Part shown: positions 11,822 to 23,458 of the stretch, in pieces
Position numbering within the stretch: position 1 is the first letter of the stretch
Layout of the letters: every line of letters begins with the position of its first letter
Assembly (NCBI GenBank): GCA_030704615.1
Contig: CM060734.1
Location: 37,820,001-37,884,000, forward strand
Length of the DNA stretch: 64,000 nt
Direction: 5' to 3'
Origin: Takakia lepidozioides
Taxonomy: Eukaryota > Plantae > Bryophyta
Notes under the pieces: generated by a model
Told to the model about the DNA's origin: nothing
Database searches by the model: none
The model's input: the letters and a program-made list of their open reading frames with translations, nothing else
Translations under genes and position numbers: made by a program

Positions 11822-14375
11822 AAAGTATGTTATCTTAAAAATTGTATTAAAAGAGTGTAAGTATACATGTATGATGTAACTAAGGTTAAAGAGAGTGACA
11901 TGCACAAGAATGTACTAATATAATCTAGGCCTACCTACTCGTAAGACTCATTGATGACTGAAGTAGCCTTGAAGCCTGCTGGGAACAAACCACCATAACT
12001 CTTCACTTGCTCTCAGAAGTCAAGGAGTAAATGTTCACTACCGGTGTCGAGTGTTGACCTTATTCATCAATGGCATGTAGAGAGAGAGAGGAAGACAAGG
12101 AGGAAGCGCACTAATAAGTTAGCGTAGCGCATCTTCTCATTATGTAGGTCACAGAAACTGGGGCTAATTGAGCGCTGAACAAGAGAATTCACGGTGACGA
12201 TGATATGATTGAATGAAATGTTTTGTGAGTTTTCCCCATAGCATCATTGTTATTAGGGTATTCGGAGTTGGGTTTCACCTAACGAATGAATACATATTAC
12301 AGACTCCAACCAAAGACCTAAATTCTTGACCTAATAAGTCCATGAAATACACACATGCCTGCACCAAACGCTGTCCGGCGTGCCACGGATGTCGGATGTG
12401 GTGCGCACGCGGTGGGCCCACAAGAAGCTTGCCCCGAAGGGAGAGCTGACAGCCCCTGCCACCGCCTTCGCTTGCCCTGCGTTCCCTTCAATGCTCCTGT
12501 CTGTGGCTTAGCCTCGATCAGCTTGATCTTGCATCTGCATCTTGTGTAACTTAAGTTGCGCTCTGCATCAATTTCCACAGCGTGTTATGCTGGGACTCTG
12601 GCGCGCCTAGACTCCGGATGGATTTAGACTGTGCAGTGTGGACTCTGGCGAGATTACTGCATTACATAGTGGATCCAAATTTTGACTTGGTGATGTTGTC
12701 TCCAGACTGCCGCCGATTCGAGCCTGTGGTTGTTGCCGTTCTAAAATTGACAAGGAAGGGGGACAGAGCAGTTTTGCGTCATGGCGCAGTCAGTGAGTGA
12801 TTTGCTCCGTTTTCGAGGGATAAAATGTATATACAGTAGGTAGTTACGAAGTTGATCAAGATTGGTGTCGGGCCTTCGAAGTCTGATGAAAAGTGAGATT
12901 GCGTTGTGACTTGGCATGCGAATGTGTGACATTCGAGCTTCTTAATCTTTGAGAACACATAAGTAGGTTCACATGCCCGCTCATTGGCTCCCTTTCAAGG
13001 TTGACTATGGTTTCAGTCAACTACAGTGGATGACTAGAAAGAGAGAGTGTATGTATTGGTTTTGAGGCTAACTTGGATTCAATGCATGTGTTGCGTCCCA
13101 GTGTGATGGCGTGGAGTGAGTGGATCGACGGGTTCTCGGCAAGAACTGAACTTCCCGGCCTGGAGATTGAGTCCCTCAATTATCTGCAGTCGATGGTCAA
13201 ATGCTGTCAAATGTGAACAGTGAGGCTCCTCACGGCATGGAACTGAACGAGGCTCTTATGTCCAGAAACACAGATCATAAACGCAGTCGATTTTACAGCT
13301 GGACGGACTTGTGCATGTAGCTAACATTGCCATGTCTTCTTTCAGGTGGATGTTTCATCACACTGTGTCGGTACAGCTGCTGACATGGATCCAAAATTAG
13401 AGTGAATATAAGGCTAGCTGTACAAAGCCTACTCAGATTCTGAGCCAGAGTCTGATTTGGTTGCTTTCCTGGCGCACCTGCACCGACTTGTTTTAGTAGT
13501 TGTCACTCCAATGCGACAGCCATCGCTCGAAAATTGACGAAGGAAAAACACACCTGTCCGTTCAGAGTCACTGATGAATGCAGCTGACTACCTGTCAGAC
13601 GATTGTCTTCATATAGCGACGGAAACCTGAACATCTTCCCTTGCGGGGGCCACATACAAAGCATTTGCTACAGAAACACATAGGCTCTCAGGCAACACTG
13701 ACAGAGAATGAGGGTAAGTGTTGGAAAGGGACAATCATCTCTCAGATGAGCAGAAGCAAGCCCTGTCTACTATGATTATTGCTGTAGGGTTGCTTAGGAT
13801 TCTCTTCAGAAAGCAAGTCTGGGTGTGGGCGTCAGAACGAAAGGATAGACAGTCAGATCACACACATTGCTCCTTCTGCAGGATCGCTCAGTGGATGAAT
13901 AACGCATTCTGCATCCAACAGCTCCAAGGATGAATGCTTGCTTATACAAGGATTGGGCCCTTGGAAGGAAAAGCTTGCCTCAGGCCATGAGAATCACACT
14001 GGAACGTAGAAGACAAGATTTGAACCCAAGATCACCTGGGTGACATTGGATTTGCTTAGTAATGCAATATTATTTTTCCTACTAAAAACTGATTTGTTTT
14101 TTTATTTGATTTCTATTTATTTATTTTTACAAAGGTAACCTGGGAGCGGTGTTGACAAGAACTTTTGTGTCTGCATTGTCTATCTTTTGAAACACAATAT
14201 TCTTCTTTTTGCCTTTCAAATCTGTTGTGACAAGCGCCAAAAAGGGCATTGCAATCTCCTATGTACGATAATTGTTGGGCCCAAGATTGCTCACTCAAGC
14301 ATTGTGATTGGTTCAACCTTGAAACCCTACAACTTTGTGTCAATTTTTTTTTGTTTTTTGGTTTTTGTTTTTAAA

Positions 14376-14465
14376 AGGGTGTGGTATGGTTACTGGGTGG
14401 TGTCCCATTCCTACGCCTCATGGCGGGTTACTGTGAAAGAGGTTATTTTCTCTGATTTGTGAGCT
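14376..14465 (+). mobile_element. Truncated or diverged second copy of the SINE body
   Basis: Shares ACTGTGAAAGAGGTTATTTTCTC (23 bp exact), GGG..TGGTAT and TTGTGAGC with 11621-11821. Confidence 0.55.
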
Positions 14466-15255
14466 GTTGCTCCCAGATCAAGTACTTTTTGTGATGCCGC
14501 AGACATCTTATCAATTCTGCCTTGTTAAAAATGACGAAAATTCACCGTTATATTTTTCACCATCATTTAGATGAATGGTCATAGGCCTATCTAAGTTTAA
14601 AGTCAACAGTTTCATGGATGTGTCCCACAACAACTAGGTCTATGTTGCTGGGGCCGGCGGCACCTTCATCTAGCCTCATGGCTCTTTCTGACCCACCTTC
14701 CTTGTTGTTGTCTGATCGTCTTGATCCACTTCAGGCACTACTTACTTACTTCTAATGAATTGCATGTCACATAGGTACATCAATCTCTTTAACAATCTTC
14801 CACTTTTGCTACAACTTGGAATGGGCACATACCACCTGGGAAGTTGTTCTTGATTCAATCCACCTACCGGAAGGCAGTAGCCCTTGGGGTTCAAGAGACA
14901 CCATACTAAGCTTACAATCCCTTTGGGAGGCGTCATAATTATATTATTGGGACAACTTTGAAGATTCTTGAAGTTGTTAAAGGGACAACCGTCCAGACAT
15001 AGCACATTTAAATACAACCTTCCCATGGGCTGCTGGTCAAGCGAAGACGTCTAGACAAGCAAGAGCACGTGTGGGTAACTCATTGGTTCACTCTTTAGCT
15101 GTCCATCTTTGGACGGATGAGGCACTTGTCTGGCCGTTCAATCTGAGACATGCGAAGGGTGGAGATTTGTCTGGTCTTAGTGCAAACGGTGGGGGACACT
15201 TGTGGACTGTTTTTAGTGTTTTGCGATTTGTCCTTCTCTGGAATGTGAGATTCCT

Positions 15256-15258
<3 letters not shown>

Positions 15259-15291
<33 letters not shown>
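15259..15291 (+). repeat. (GA)n microsatellite in the ACX3 promoter/5' leader
   Basis: About 16 perfect GA units ~220 bp upstream of the ACX3 ATG. Confidence 0.9.
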
Positions 15292-15296
<5 letters not shown>

Positions 15297-15508
15297 CGGT
15301 GGATTGCGCTGGATTTCTGCGTATCCTTTCTTGTTATGAATTTTCTGTAATTTGATTTTCGGCGTTTGGTTTCAAAGACGATTGGACGTCCGACGACAGA
15401 GGACCGAGGATTGGTTTGTACACAGTGAAGAGTAAGAGGAGACAGGATCGGAAGGGAAATTGTGATATAAGAAAGAGCGAGGCGAGGAGGAGGAGTATAG
15501 TGAGACAA

Positions 15509-18500
15509 ATGGAGGGCGGAAGAGGAAGCGCCGGATGGCGAGCTTCCGTGCTGGCCAACCATCTAAGACAGGATCGCCACACCTGCTCCTTACAACGGTC
15601 TCCCTGCTTGGAGTACGCCCCTCCAGAACGGAATTCTGGTCAGACTCTTGACATTTCGAATGTAGAAATTAATTATCATGCCCACTCTGAATTAATTTGT
15701 GAAAAGCTGCGATAGGGCATAAAGCTGCAGTTTCTCCAAGCGCCACCCATACTTTCAGATAACATCTGAGCTTGTCAGGCATATCAGAGCCTTGACTATA
15801 CATTCTGCATCTTCTCTTTCAATTTTAGCTTTATATGCGATTTGAATTTTCAATCATATAGTGGTCCAATTTTTTACTTGCGAAGGGGTGCAGCCCGACA
15901 GTGTAACATTCATTTATATTCTCAGTATGTGTACCACTCTTCCAGCCCTAGTCAGTACCCCGGCATCTCTGCGCAAAGCAGTGAGGAAGTGCCTGGAAAG
16001 AGAGATAAAAGGTGAAATTATCGCATTATCTATGTGCATGTTCCTGCAGCTCGGACGAGTTTACCTATTCATATCGCAATGGCTATCGGCAGTGTGTTAT
16101 TCCTATTAACAAAACATCCCCCTTTTCGGTCATTCCCCAAAACCGGTGCCAAAATAGGTGCTTTGTTTACATCGTTTACCTCAGTAAGTAACTGGGGGTT
16201 TTCGGGAAAAACCTATGTGGGGTACTTTTCGGGTGTGGGATGCTCCTTCAACAAAGGAGACCAAAGAAAAAGGACATGCAGAGGAGGAGCTAATGAGAGG
16301 ACCTATCTCTGCCCAACCAAAGGCATGGAGAAATAACAGACAGAATGATCTGATTCAATGTCTTTGGCGCTGTTGCAGAGAGGCCTGCTTTTGACAAGTT
16401 GGCGATGAGGAGACTTTTGGATGGTCACAATTGTGAGGAAAGGGATGCACTCTTCAATCTAATGGCCAGTAGCAAGCTCTTTCAGTTGAAGGAAGTCAGT
16501 GGGAAAGTTTTCCTAAGTCCGGATTTCAATCAATCGATGGAGGAGCAGAGAGAAATTACCTTGCAGCGCATTCTCTTCTTGCTCAGTAAAGGAGTCTTTG
16601 AAGGCTGGTTGACACGTCAGAGTCAGCAAGATGCCCTCAGAATGGCAGCAGTCTTTGAGTGCATAAGCATCTTTGACCATTCTTTGTCGATCAAGATTGG
16701 TGTTCATACCCAATTATGGTATGTATGTGTGTCTTGTCACTCTTATGAGTAGAAGGTCTAAATTACGAAGCCCTGAACACAACATTGTGACAGTATGTCA
16801 ATTTTGAAAGCTCTCTACGGACACTCTCTAACATCTTCGTGAAGGGTATATAGTTACTGCTTAATTGTTGCTGGATTCTTGGATCTGTAACAGGGGAGGT
16901 TCTATTCAGTTTTTGGGAACAGAGCGGCACCACAAGAAGTGGCTGCAGCGTACTGAAGACTATGAAGTGCGTGGCTGCTTTGCTCTGACCGAGCTTGGCC
17001 ATGGTAGTAATGTACGTGATTTGTCCTTGAATCATCCGATCATGTGTCTGGCTGCTGTGTTTGTTGAAACAAATAATGACTGAAAATGACTATTATCTCT
17101 TTTTCTGATTCTTCCAAACTGGTCCAAACTGGGTGTGGTTTCTATGGCCATAGTCAATGTTGAATGAGCAGTCCTTGAGTAACCTGCCTTTCCATCTTTG
17201 CCAGATAGTAGAAATTCATTACTAACTCATCATGTCATGGCAGGTTCGTGGAATTGAAACAATTACCACGTATGACCCTTCTACACAGGAATTCATCATC
17301 GACACACCTTGTGAATCTGCTCAAAAATATTGGATTGGTGGGGCTGCTCAGGTAAGCTTTTTTACGGTGTTATTTGGATACATTAAAATCTGACTTTTTT
17401 TAATCTTTCATTGGTCAGATTTACAGAGTGTGCTCAAGGAGTATGTAGTTCTGGAGGAATGAAAGCAATGAACATCCAGAGAGGGTTGTAGACTGTACGG
17501 TAGCAGAAGAAGTGAAAAACAGTGTGGGTCTGAAGTCAGCCCTCCAGGCAGTGAGTGATATCTTTCAGATAAGAAATTGACACTCTCTAGCTGATCCTAA
17601 AGTGAATAACATTGTGAAACAATCATTGAAGCACCTTTATGTGGAAGTAAAAGTGTAACAGATGTTTCAAGACACTGAGCATGCCATCTGGCAAAGTCTG
17701 TTGTCTCACAGTTCTTTAACATACGAAAGTTGGTTCTTGTCATGGATTTCCTGAACATGTTGTAGTTGGACAATGCGATTTGGCATCTTCCAGATTATCT
17801 GAGGCGTTGAAGTCGTGTACATGGAAGATGTAGCAGAAAATCAGTAAGTATTGCAGGGGTAATTTTTCAAAGGCCGGATGTTGAATCTGACACGCACAAG
17901 GCAAATTCAATGTGAAGAAACACACTGTAATCTTCCTGTCAATTTAGGCTCACTGGATCAAGCTACATTTGTGATTGTAAATAACAGGATTAAACAGTGA
18001 CTGTTTTGTTCCATTTGCAGCATGCAACCCATACTATTCTCTTTTCTCAGCTCCTGATCAATGGTAGAAATGAGGGGGTTCACGCCTTCATTTGCCAGCT
18101 ACGTGATGAGCAAGGCCGCATATGTCCAGGAGTTCACATTGCTGACTGTGGTCACAAGATTGGATTGAATGGTGTTGACAATGGTCGCATTTGGTAAGTA
18201 CGGTCTAATTGGTAGTAGGGAAAGGGAGAGGGAGGCATTTGTTCAGCTGGTGCTGGTTGCTAAAAAGTTCTATTTTTTGTGGCTCTCCCTTTGGTGTGTG
18301 TGATTATTCTACTTCTGCAAAGATGGTGTGGTTTGAACAGTCAGAGGACCCAACACCATTGCAATTTTTGAATGATGCCGACAGCTGGTTTTCTAGGTTT
18401 ATGAAGTTGTTACCTGACCGTTTTCCCTTGCTTCCAAACGAAAGGGACACAGAGAAAGAAAGAGAGAGGGAGGACTGAGAGAGGGAGAGTGTGGGATGTC

Positions 18501-21500
18501 GGCAGACCATGTGGCCCACCATGTCGGCATTTCTGATCGAGGTTTTTGTTCAGAAAGTATGGTCTGGCACAGTTCTTCAGTTCCCCACCCCAAGAAAGGG
18601 AGTGCATGTGAGATTCACAAGGGATCCTCTGGCAGGTGTGACAAAGTTCGAATTCCTCGCGAGAACCTGCTCAATGCAGTTGCTGATGTGACCCCCGATG
18701 GACACTATAAAAGTGCAGTCAGTGATCCAGATGAGGTAATGTCCCATACTCTATTGCAGTTGAGAGGCGTGTAGTGAGATGTAGTATTCTCATATTCAGT
18801 TCTTTTAAGTTTTTGACTTGTGTTGTTATTGAGTGTGATTGTATTGATGCAATTATTGCAGAGGTTTGGTGCCTTGATGGCTCCCCTTACATCAGGTCGG
18901 GTGACAATTGCTGTAACTGCTGTTTATCAAGCCAAGGTACACACTTAAAGTACTCTTTTCATTTTCTTTGATTATGAAAAGGAGGCAAAACCGTACATTA
19001 TTCTTGATGCTTTCAACTTCTCTGGTCTTTATCATCAATGCGATGAGTTGACTGGTGTGTATTGTTGGGGAGTAACCTTGGTTTGACCATACCCTGATTC
19101 TTCCATGCAACCAACGGTCTTCCCGTGGACATAGTAACCATCATCGTCATCATATAAACTGAATTGGAAGACATGCGTCGCAGATACTGCTCCTTCTAAG
19201 CGTATCAAGTCACTGGATAATTTTTCTCTTTTCTCCTTTTGATTGTTAGTGTGACTTTAGGAGCTTTATACATATGTTTTCAGCAAGTAAAGATATGACA
19301 GTCCTTACCAGGAAATGTTGGTTCTCAAAGTAGCTATATCTGAGGGAAACATGAACATATCTAGCCTTAGAGCAAGGGTTTGTAGTGTTTCTAGGCCTTT
19401 ATTGTCCTTCATAATTATCTTTGGTACTGCAGTTTAGAGAGGGGAAATTTCATTGGTCCCTTTGAATAAAAATCTTGAAGTCCAAACTTGGATTGCTGGT
19501 GTGTCTCATACAGGTAGGTTTGGCAACGGCCATTAGGTATGCCCTCACAAGGCGTGCCTTCTCCCTCTCTCCAGGACAGCCGGAGGTGCTTTTGCTTGAC
19601 TACCCAAGCCACCAGCATCGCTTGCTCCCATTGTTGGCCAAAACGTAATCCCCTACACGTCTTTTTGGTCCTCTCTTATGCATTTAATAATTGATAATTA
19701 TATGCCTGCACCCCTTCCTGATCTACGTGAATGACAAAATTGTTACAGTACTCACCCAACCTTGGTACACAAAGAAAGGCCATAACAGTTGCAGACCCAA
19801 CCAGGGTTGCTTTACCTACATGAGGAACTTTGTCTGTGTGCGACATTGGCGTTTTAAAATGTGGTTTGCTTGTGGTTCTACCTTACCTCATAGGCCCTTG
19901 GGGCCCCCTCTGGACACAAATTTGGTGTGTCTCATACTCTTAGACAATCCCTTGAGAATTAGTTGCTTTTGGACTGTTTGCGGCCACTCCCTGTTTCTTG
20001 TTTCTTTCTACCTGCATGAGGCCTTGACCCTAGACAATCCCTTGGGCTGTTTTTTGGCTCTGGTTTTGTTTCCTCTCTCTTGTTTTTTTTCCATTTTGTC
20101 ACATAAGCTCTTTGAGCGCCGCGGACATTATAAAGTACCATTTCATTTCATTTCATTTCTCTCTCTTTCCGCATCTGTCTCTCCAAGTTAGGCAGAAAAC
20201 TTCCCTGAACCTGTTCCAGTCTGTGACATGGGTGAGGCCATCCAAATTTATAGAGTATATCTGGAAAACTAGGATCAATTGCATGTTTCAAGGTAAGTCA
20301 TACTACGGGCATCAGCCCTGACAAAGGTAGTTTCTGTCCCTTTGTGTTCCACCCAAACGGGGCGCAAGGTCAATGGCCACAAGGCTACGGCAGACGTCGT
20401 CTTATGAGTACATTTTCTCCAAGCCTCCTGCAGACATAGTAAAGTCTGTTCTTATTCTTCTCTTCCACTTATACTGCAAATTCTCTGCATGGAGGTGTGC
20501 AGGTACGCATTGAGTTTTGCAGTTTTGGATTTGAAGAAGATCTTTGTGAGGCGAACAGCCGCAGATGCCAAGACCATCCACGTGCTCTCCAGTGGCCTGA
20601 AGGCTACGTCTACCTGGCACAACCTTCGCACTCTTCAAGTGAGTCTTTGAAATTACTGAGCAAGTAAGAAACCCATCACAAATGAACAGAAAAGGCTGCC
20701 AGGTAGTATGCTGCTGTGTAGTGTGCGTGCATGTACCTGCATGGTTTCTGGGAGATAGAAAAGAGAGAAAGAGAGAGGGTAATTTTCACACCCACGCAAT
20801 TTGATGATCTCAAGGGACATATTGTTGTCTGAATATGGGGTGTGGCAGGAATGTCGGGAGGCATGTGGGGGTCAGGGTTTGAAGTCTGAAAATCGTGTCG
20901 GGCAGCTTAAAGCAGAGTATGATGTTCAGTTAACCTTTGAAGGTGACAACAATGTGTTGATGCAGCAGGTTGGCCCGCATTTTTTTCTTTACTTGAGGGT
21001 GGCTCTATCTTCCCATATTTAGTACAGTACCCTCCTATGGGTTCTGTTTGAAGTTATTTTTATTTCTCTATGCCAGAACACTAAAATTTCTAGGGGGTTA
21101 TGTGCAACTCTTTATATTTTTAGGTACAATAATTGGGAGCGGTGTGCTTTTAGGTGATCCTACGGAGATTCTGCACTAGAGCAAGTGGGTGCTCATTTCT
21201 CTGGGCAACTTCCAGGGCTTGCTACAATCCCTTCACTTGCCAGACAGTTCATCTGTTTTTGGTAAATGGCAAGGCATGATAGTGGCTTGCTGCTGATTGT
21301 AGATCTTGTGTTACAAACCTGAGAGATGACTGTCTGTGAATGGTGTGCCATATGCAGGTCAGCAAGGTATTACTTGCTGAGTATTCTGCTGCTCAAAGGA
21401 AGGGCAAGCCCCTGAAGGGGTTAGGGCTGGAGCACATGAATGGGCCTCGCCCTGTGATCCCAGCAGTGCTTGACAGGGGCGCACTTCGAAAGAGGACAGT

Positions 21501-23458
21501 CCAGGTATGAGTTGTCACTTGCAGGAAATCAGCCTTTCAAATAATTATCCCTTATAGGTCGTTGTTTTCTCCCCATTTGTGTCTCCATATCTTCTCTCTT
21601 CTCATACCAGCTACTTTTGTCACAATTTGCAAATTTGGTGGTAAACAAGCGACTAGTCGTGTATGGCTCCTCTAGTGGCATTTACTTTCATCCATAATAA
21701 ACTTGAAACTTCATCCATTTATTTTTCACCAGTTGTTCAATAACATAGATGTTACTTGAGGGAGGTGTTACGTGGAGAAGGCACATCATGGAACTAGTTT
21801 TCCATCAAAGGAGAGGAGATGACATCTAGGGAAGGCACAACAAGGGCTTAGCGGTTTTGGACACTGATGTGTAGTCTCATCTTTAGAATAAAGAGCCAAC
21901 AAATGTTCCTTTATCAGACTTTAACATGTTTCTTGGGCACACGTACCTGCTTTGTTGACATTGTTTCACTTTCGTTAATCTCCAGTATGGCTGTGGCATC
22001 CTCTGAACCACAAGAGAATGAAACAGTTAACAAGGTCTTAGCAAATAAATCCACATACTTTTTCTTGCTTGCACATATGTCTACTAGGGTAGTCTAAGTT
22101 GTCTAAGTCTGAAAGAAGAGAACGACACCAGTGTAGCAGCATCCACTTGAATGTCAAGCATTGCAGTGCTATGTGCTGCATTTGCATTTGGCATGAAACA
22201 GTCAGTTTCCTACCCTGATACCAAGGGTGTGAATTCCTGGATTCGAAGCCAAACCTGGCAGAAGTCTGAATATCTTGGAATCCAGGATTTATAGTGGATT
22301 GTAAGAGCTGCTGATTATTATGGCTTAGTTTGGAATGCTGGCTATGATGTATAGGCACCCTGCCCTTAGGTTTGTAGACTGTTTCTGTAAGGTGTCTAGG
22401 TTAGGAATTTTGATTTGCAAACCTGGTTCTTTTCTCCCTGCTTGTAGGAAACTTCTAAATACATATATGCTCCTGGGATGTATCAGATGGCACTATTTCA
22501 GCTGCGGGAGCGAGATCTATTGGAGCTGTTGACTACACAAGTCACAAGGCTTGTGTCAAAGGGATCTTCCATGATAGATGCAGTTAATGGGGTGCAGTTG
22601 CAAATCCCCGACTACTTCCTCTCTCTCGCCTCGTTGCAATGTTTTGTTTCCTTCTGTGAAATTTGATATCTGAGCACAGTCCATTGGAGATTTCGGTGGT
22701 TGTATAATGTTGTGCACTCTGATTTCTGGCAGAGCTACCAACTAGCAGAGGACTTGGGACAGGCCTTCTCAGAGCGCTCAATACTGGACAGTTTCTTGGC
22801 TGCTGAGGAGCAGCAAACACCAGGCCCCTTGAAGGTAGGCATGGCTTCAACCAACTTTTTTCTTCTATGATCATAGTTTCCACAATTTGACTTGTGATTT
22901 TCTGGGATGACTCAGCACTTGACACAGGATAATATGCTGCTGTACACTAGAGATGCTTTCAAAAGGCAAATACATGATTCCTGCTTTGGGAACCTGCTCG
23001 TGGATCTTCTTCTGACCGATTTCGCTCTTGGTTGCAGGATATTCTTAGTCTGTTAAGGACACTATATGTGCTTTCTGTAACTGATGAGGAGCCTGTCTTC
23101 TTGAGGTACATATACACAATCCTCTGTACACCAGGTTGCATCATATTCCAAGTATGCTTGCCTCTGTCTCTCTCCCACAGCAATTCAGGCTGTGATTTGT
23201 TTGTTTGGTTCAAACTTAAGTGGTTTCCTGTTCCTTTCCGTCTTTTCTTGCTCTATGATTTATGGCTCAACTTGATTTTACAGGTATGGGTATCTGTCAC
23301 CACAGCAGTCTCAAGAGATCCGGAAAGAAGTGGCTGACTTGTGTGGGGAAGTTCGGCCACACGCGCTGGCATTGGTGGACTCTTTGGGGATACCCCAGCC
23401 AATGTTGGGTCCCATTGCGTTCGACTGGGTTGAATTGAATTCATGGAAAAATGTGTAA
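15509..23458 (+). CDS. ACX3: Peroxisomal acyl-CoA oxidase, ACX3 (medium-chain) type, 15 coding exons
   Basis: GT-AG exons that join in phase: 15509-15638, 16379-16718, 16894-17011, 17244-17351, 18021-18193, 18636-18735, 18862-18936, 19514-19644, 20503-20638, 20849-20968, 21358-21504, 22487-22591, 22733-22834, 23038-23105, 23284-23458. Motifs: PTS2 [71 protein letters not shown]; ends [12 protein letters not shown]. Confidence 0.96.
15882..15950 (+). pseudogene. Relic fragment of a PLS-type PPR gene in ACX3 intron 1
   Basis: Translates [23 protein letters not shown], a close match to the PPR motif EGVxPDxVTFxxILxACxxLxAL. Confidence 0.55.
19995..20160 (+). mobile_element. 5'-truncated LINE 3' end with (TTTCA)n tail (family A)
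   Basis: Encodes YLHEALTL, then a 3' UTR ending GGACATTATAAAGTACCATTTCATTTCATTTC. Homologous copies lie at 49316-49372(+), 50162-50375(-) and 52071-52132(-). Confidence 0.8.
20188..20414 (+). mobile_element. 5'-truncated tail-less LINE-like insertion (family B), longest copy
   Basis: Encodes a LINE ORF2-like C-terminus ([24 protein letters not shown]...*) and ends TGGCCACAAGGCTACGGCAGACGTCGTCTTATGAGTACATT. Flanked by TCTCCAAG on both sides. Confidence 0.7.

Noticed and set aside
12300-13950. Possible miRNA or lncRNA locus
   Set aside because: No match by eye to conserved miRNAs (156, 160, 166, 171, 319, 390, 408, 529, 535) and no clear long hairpin; cannot be supported without expression data.
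18225-18475. Possible insertion or cryptic exon in ACX3 intron 5 flanked by GAGAGGGAGG
   Set aside because: The flanking repeat is low-complexity, and no splice sites or homologous copy were found in the window.
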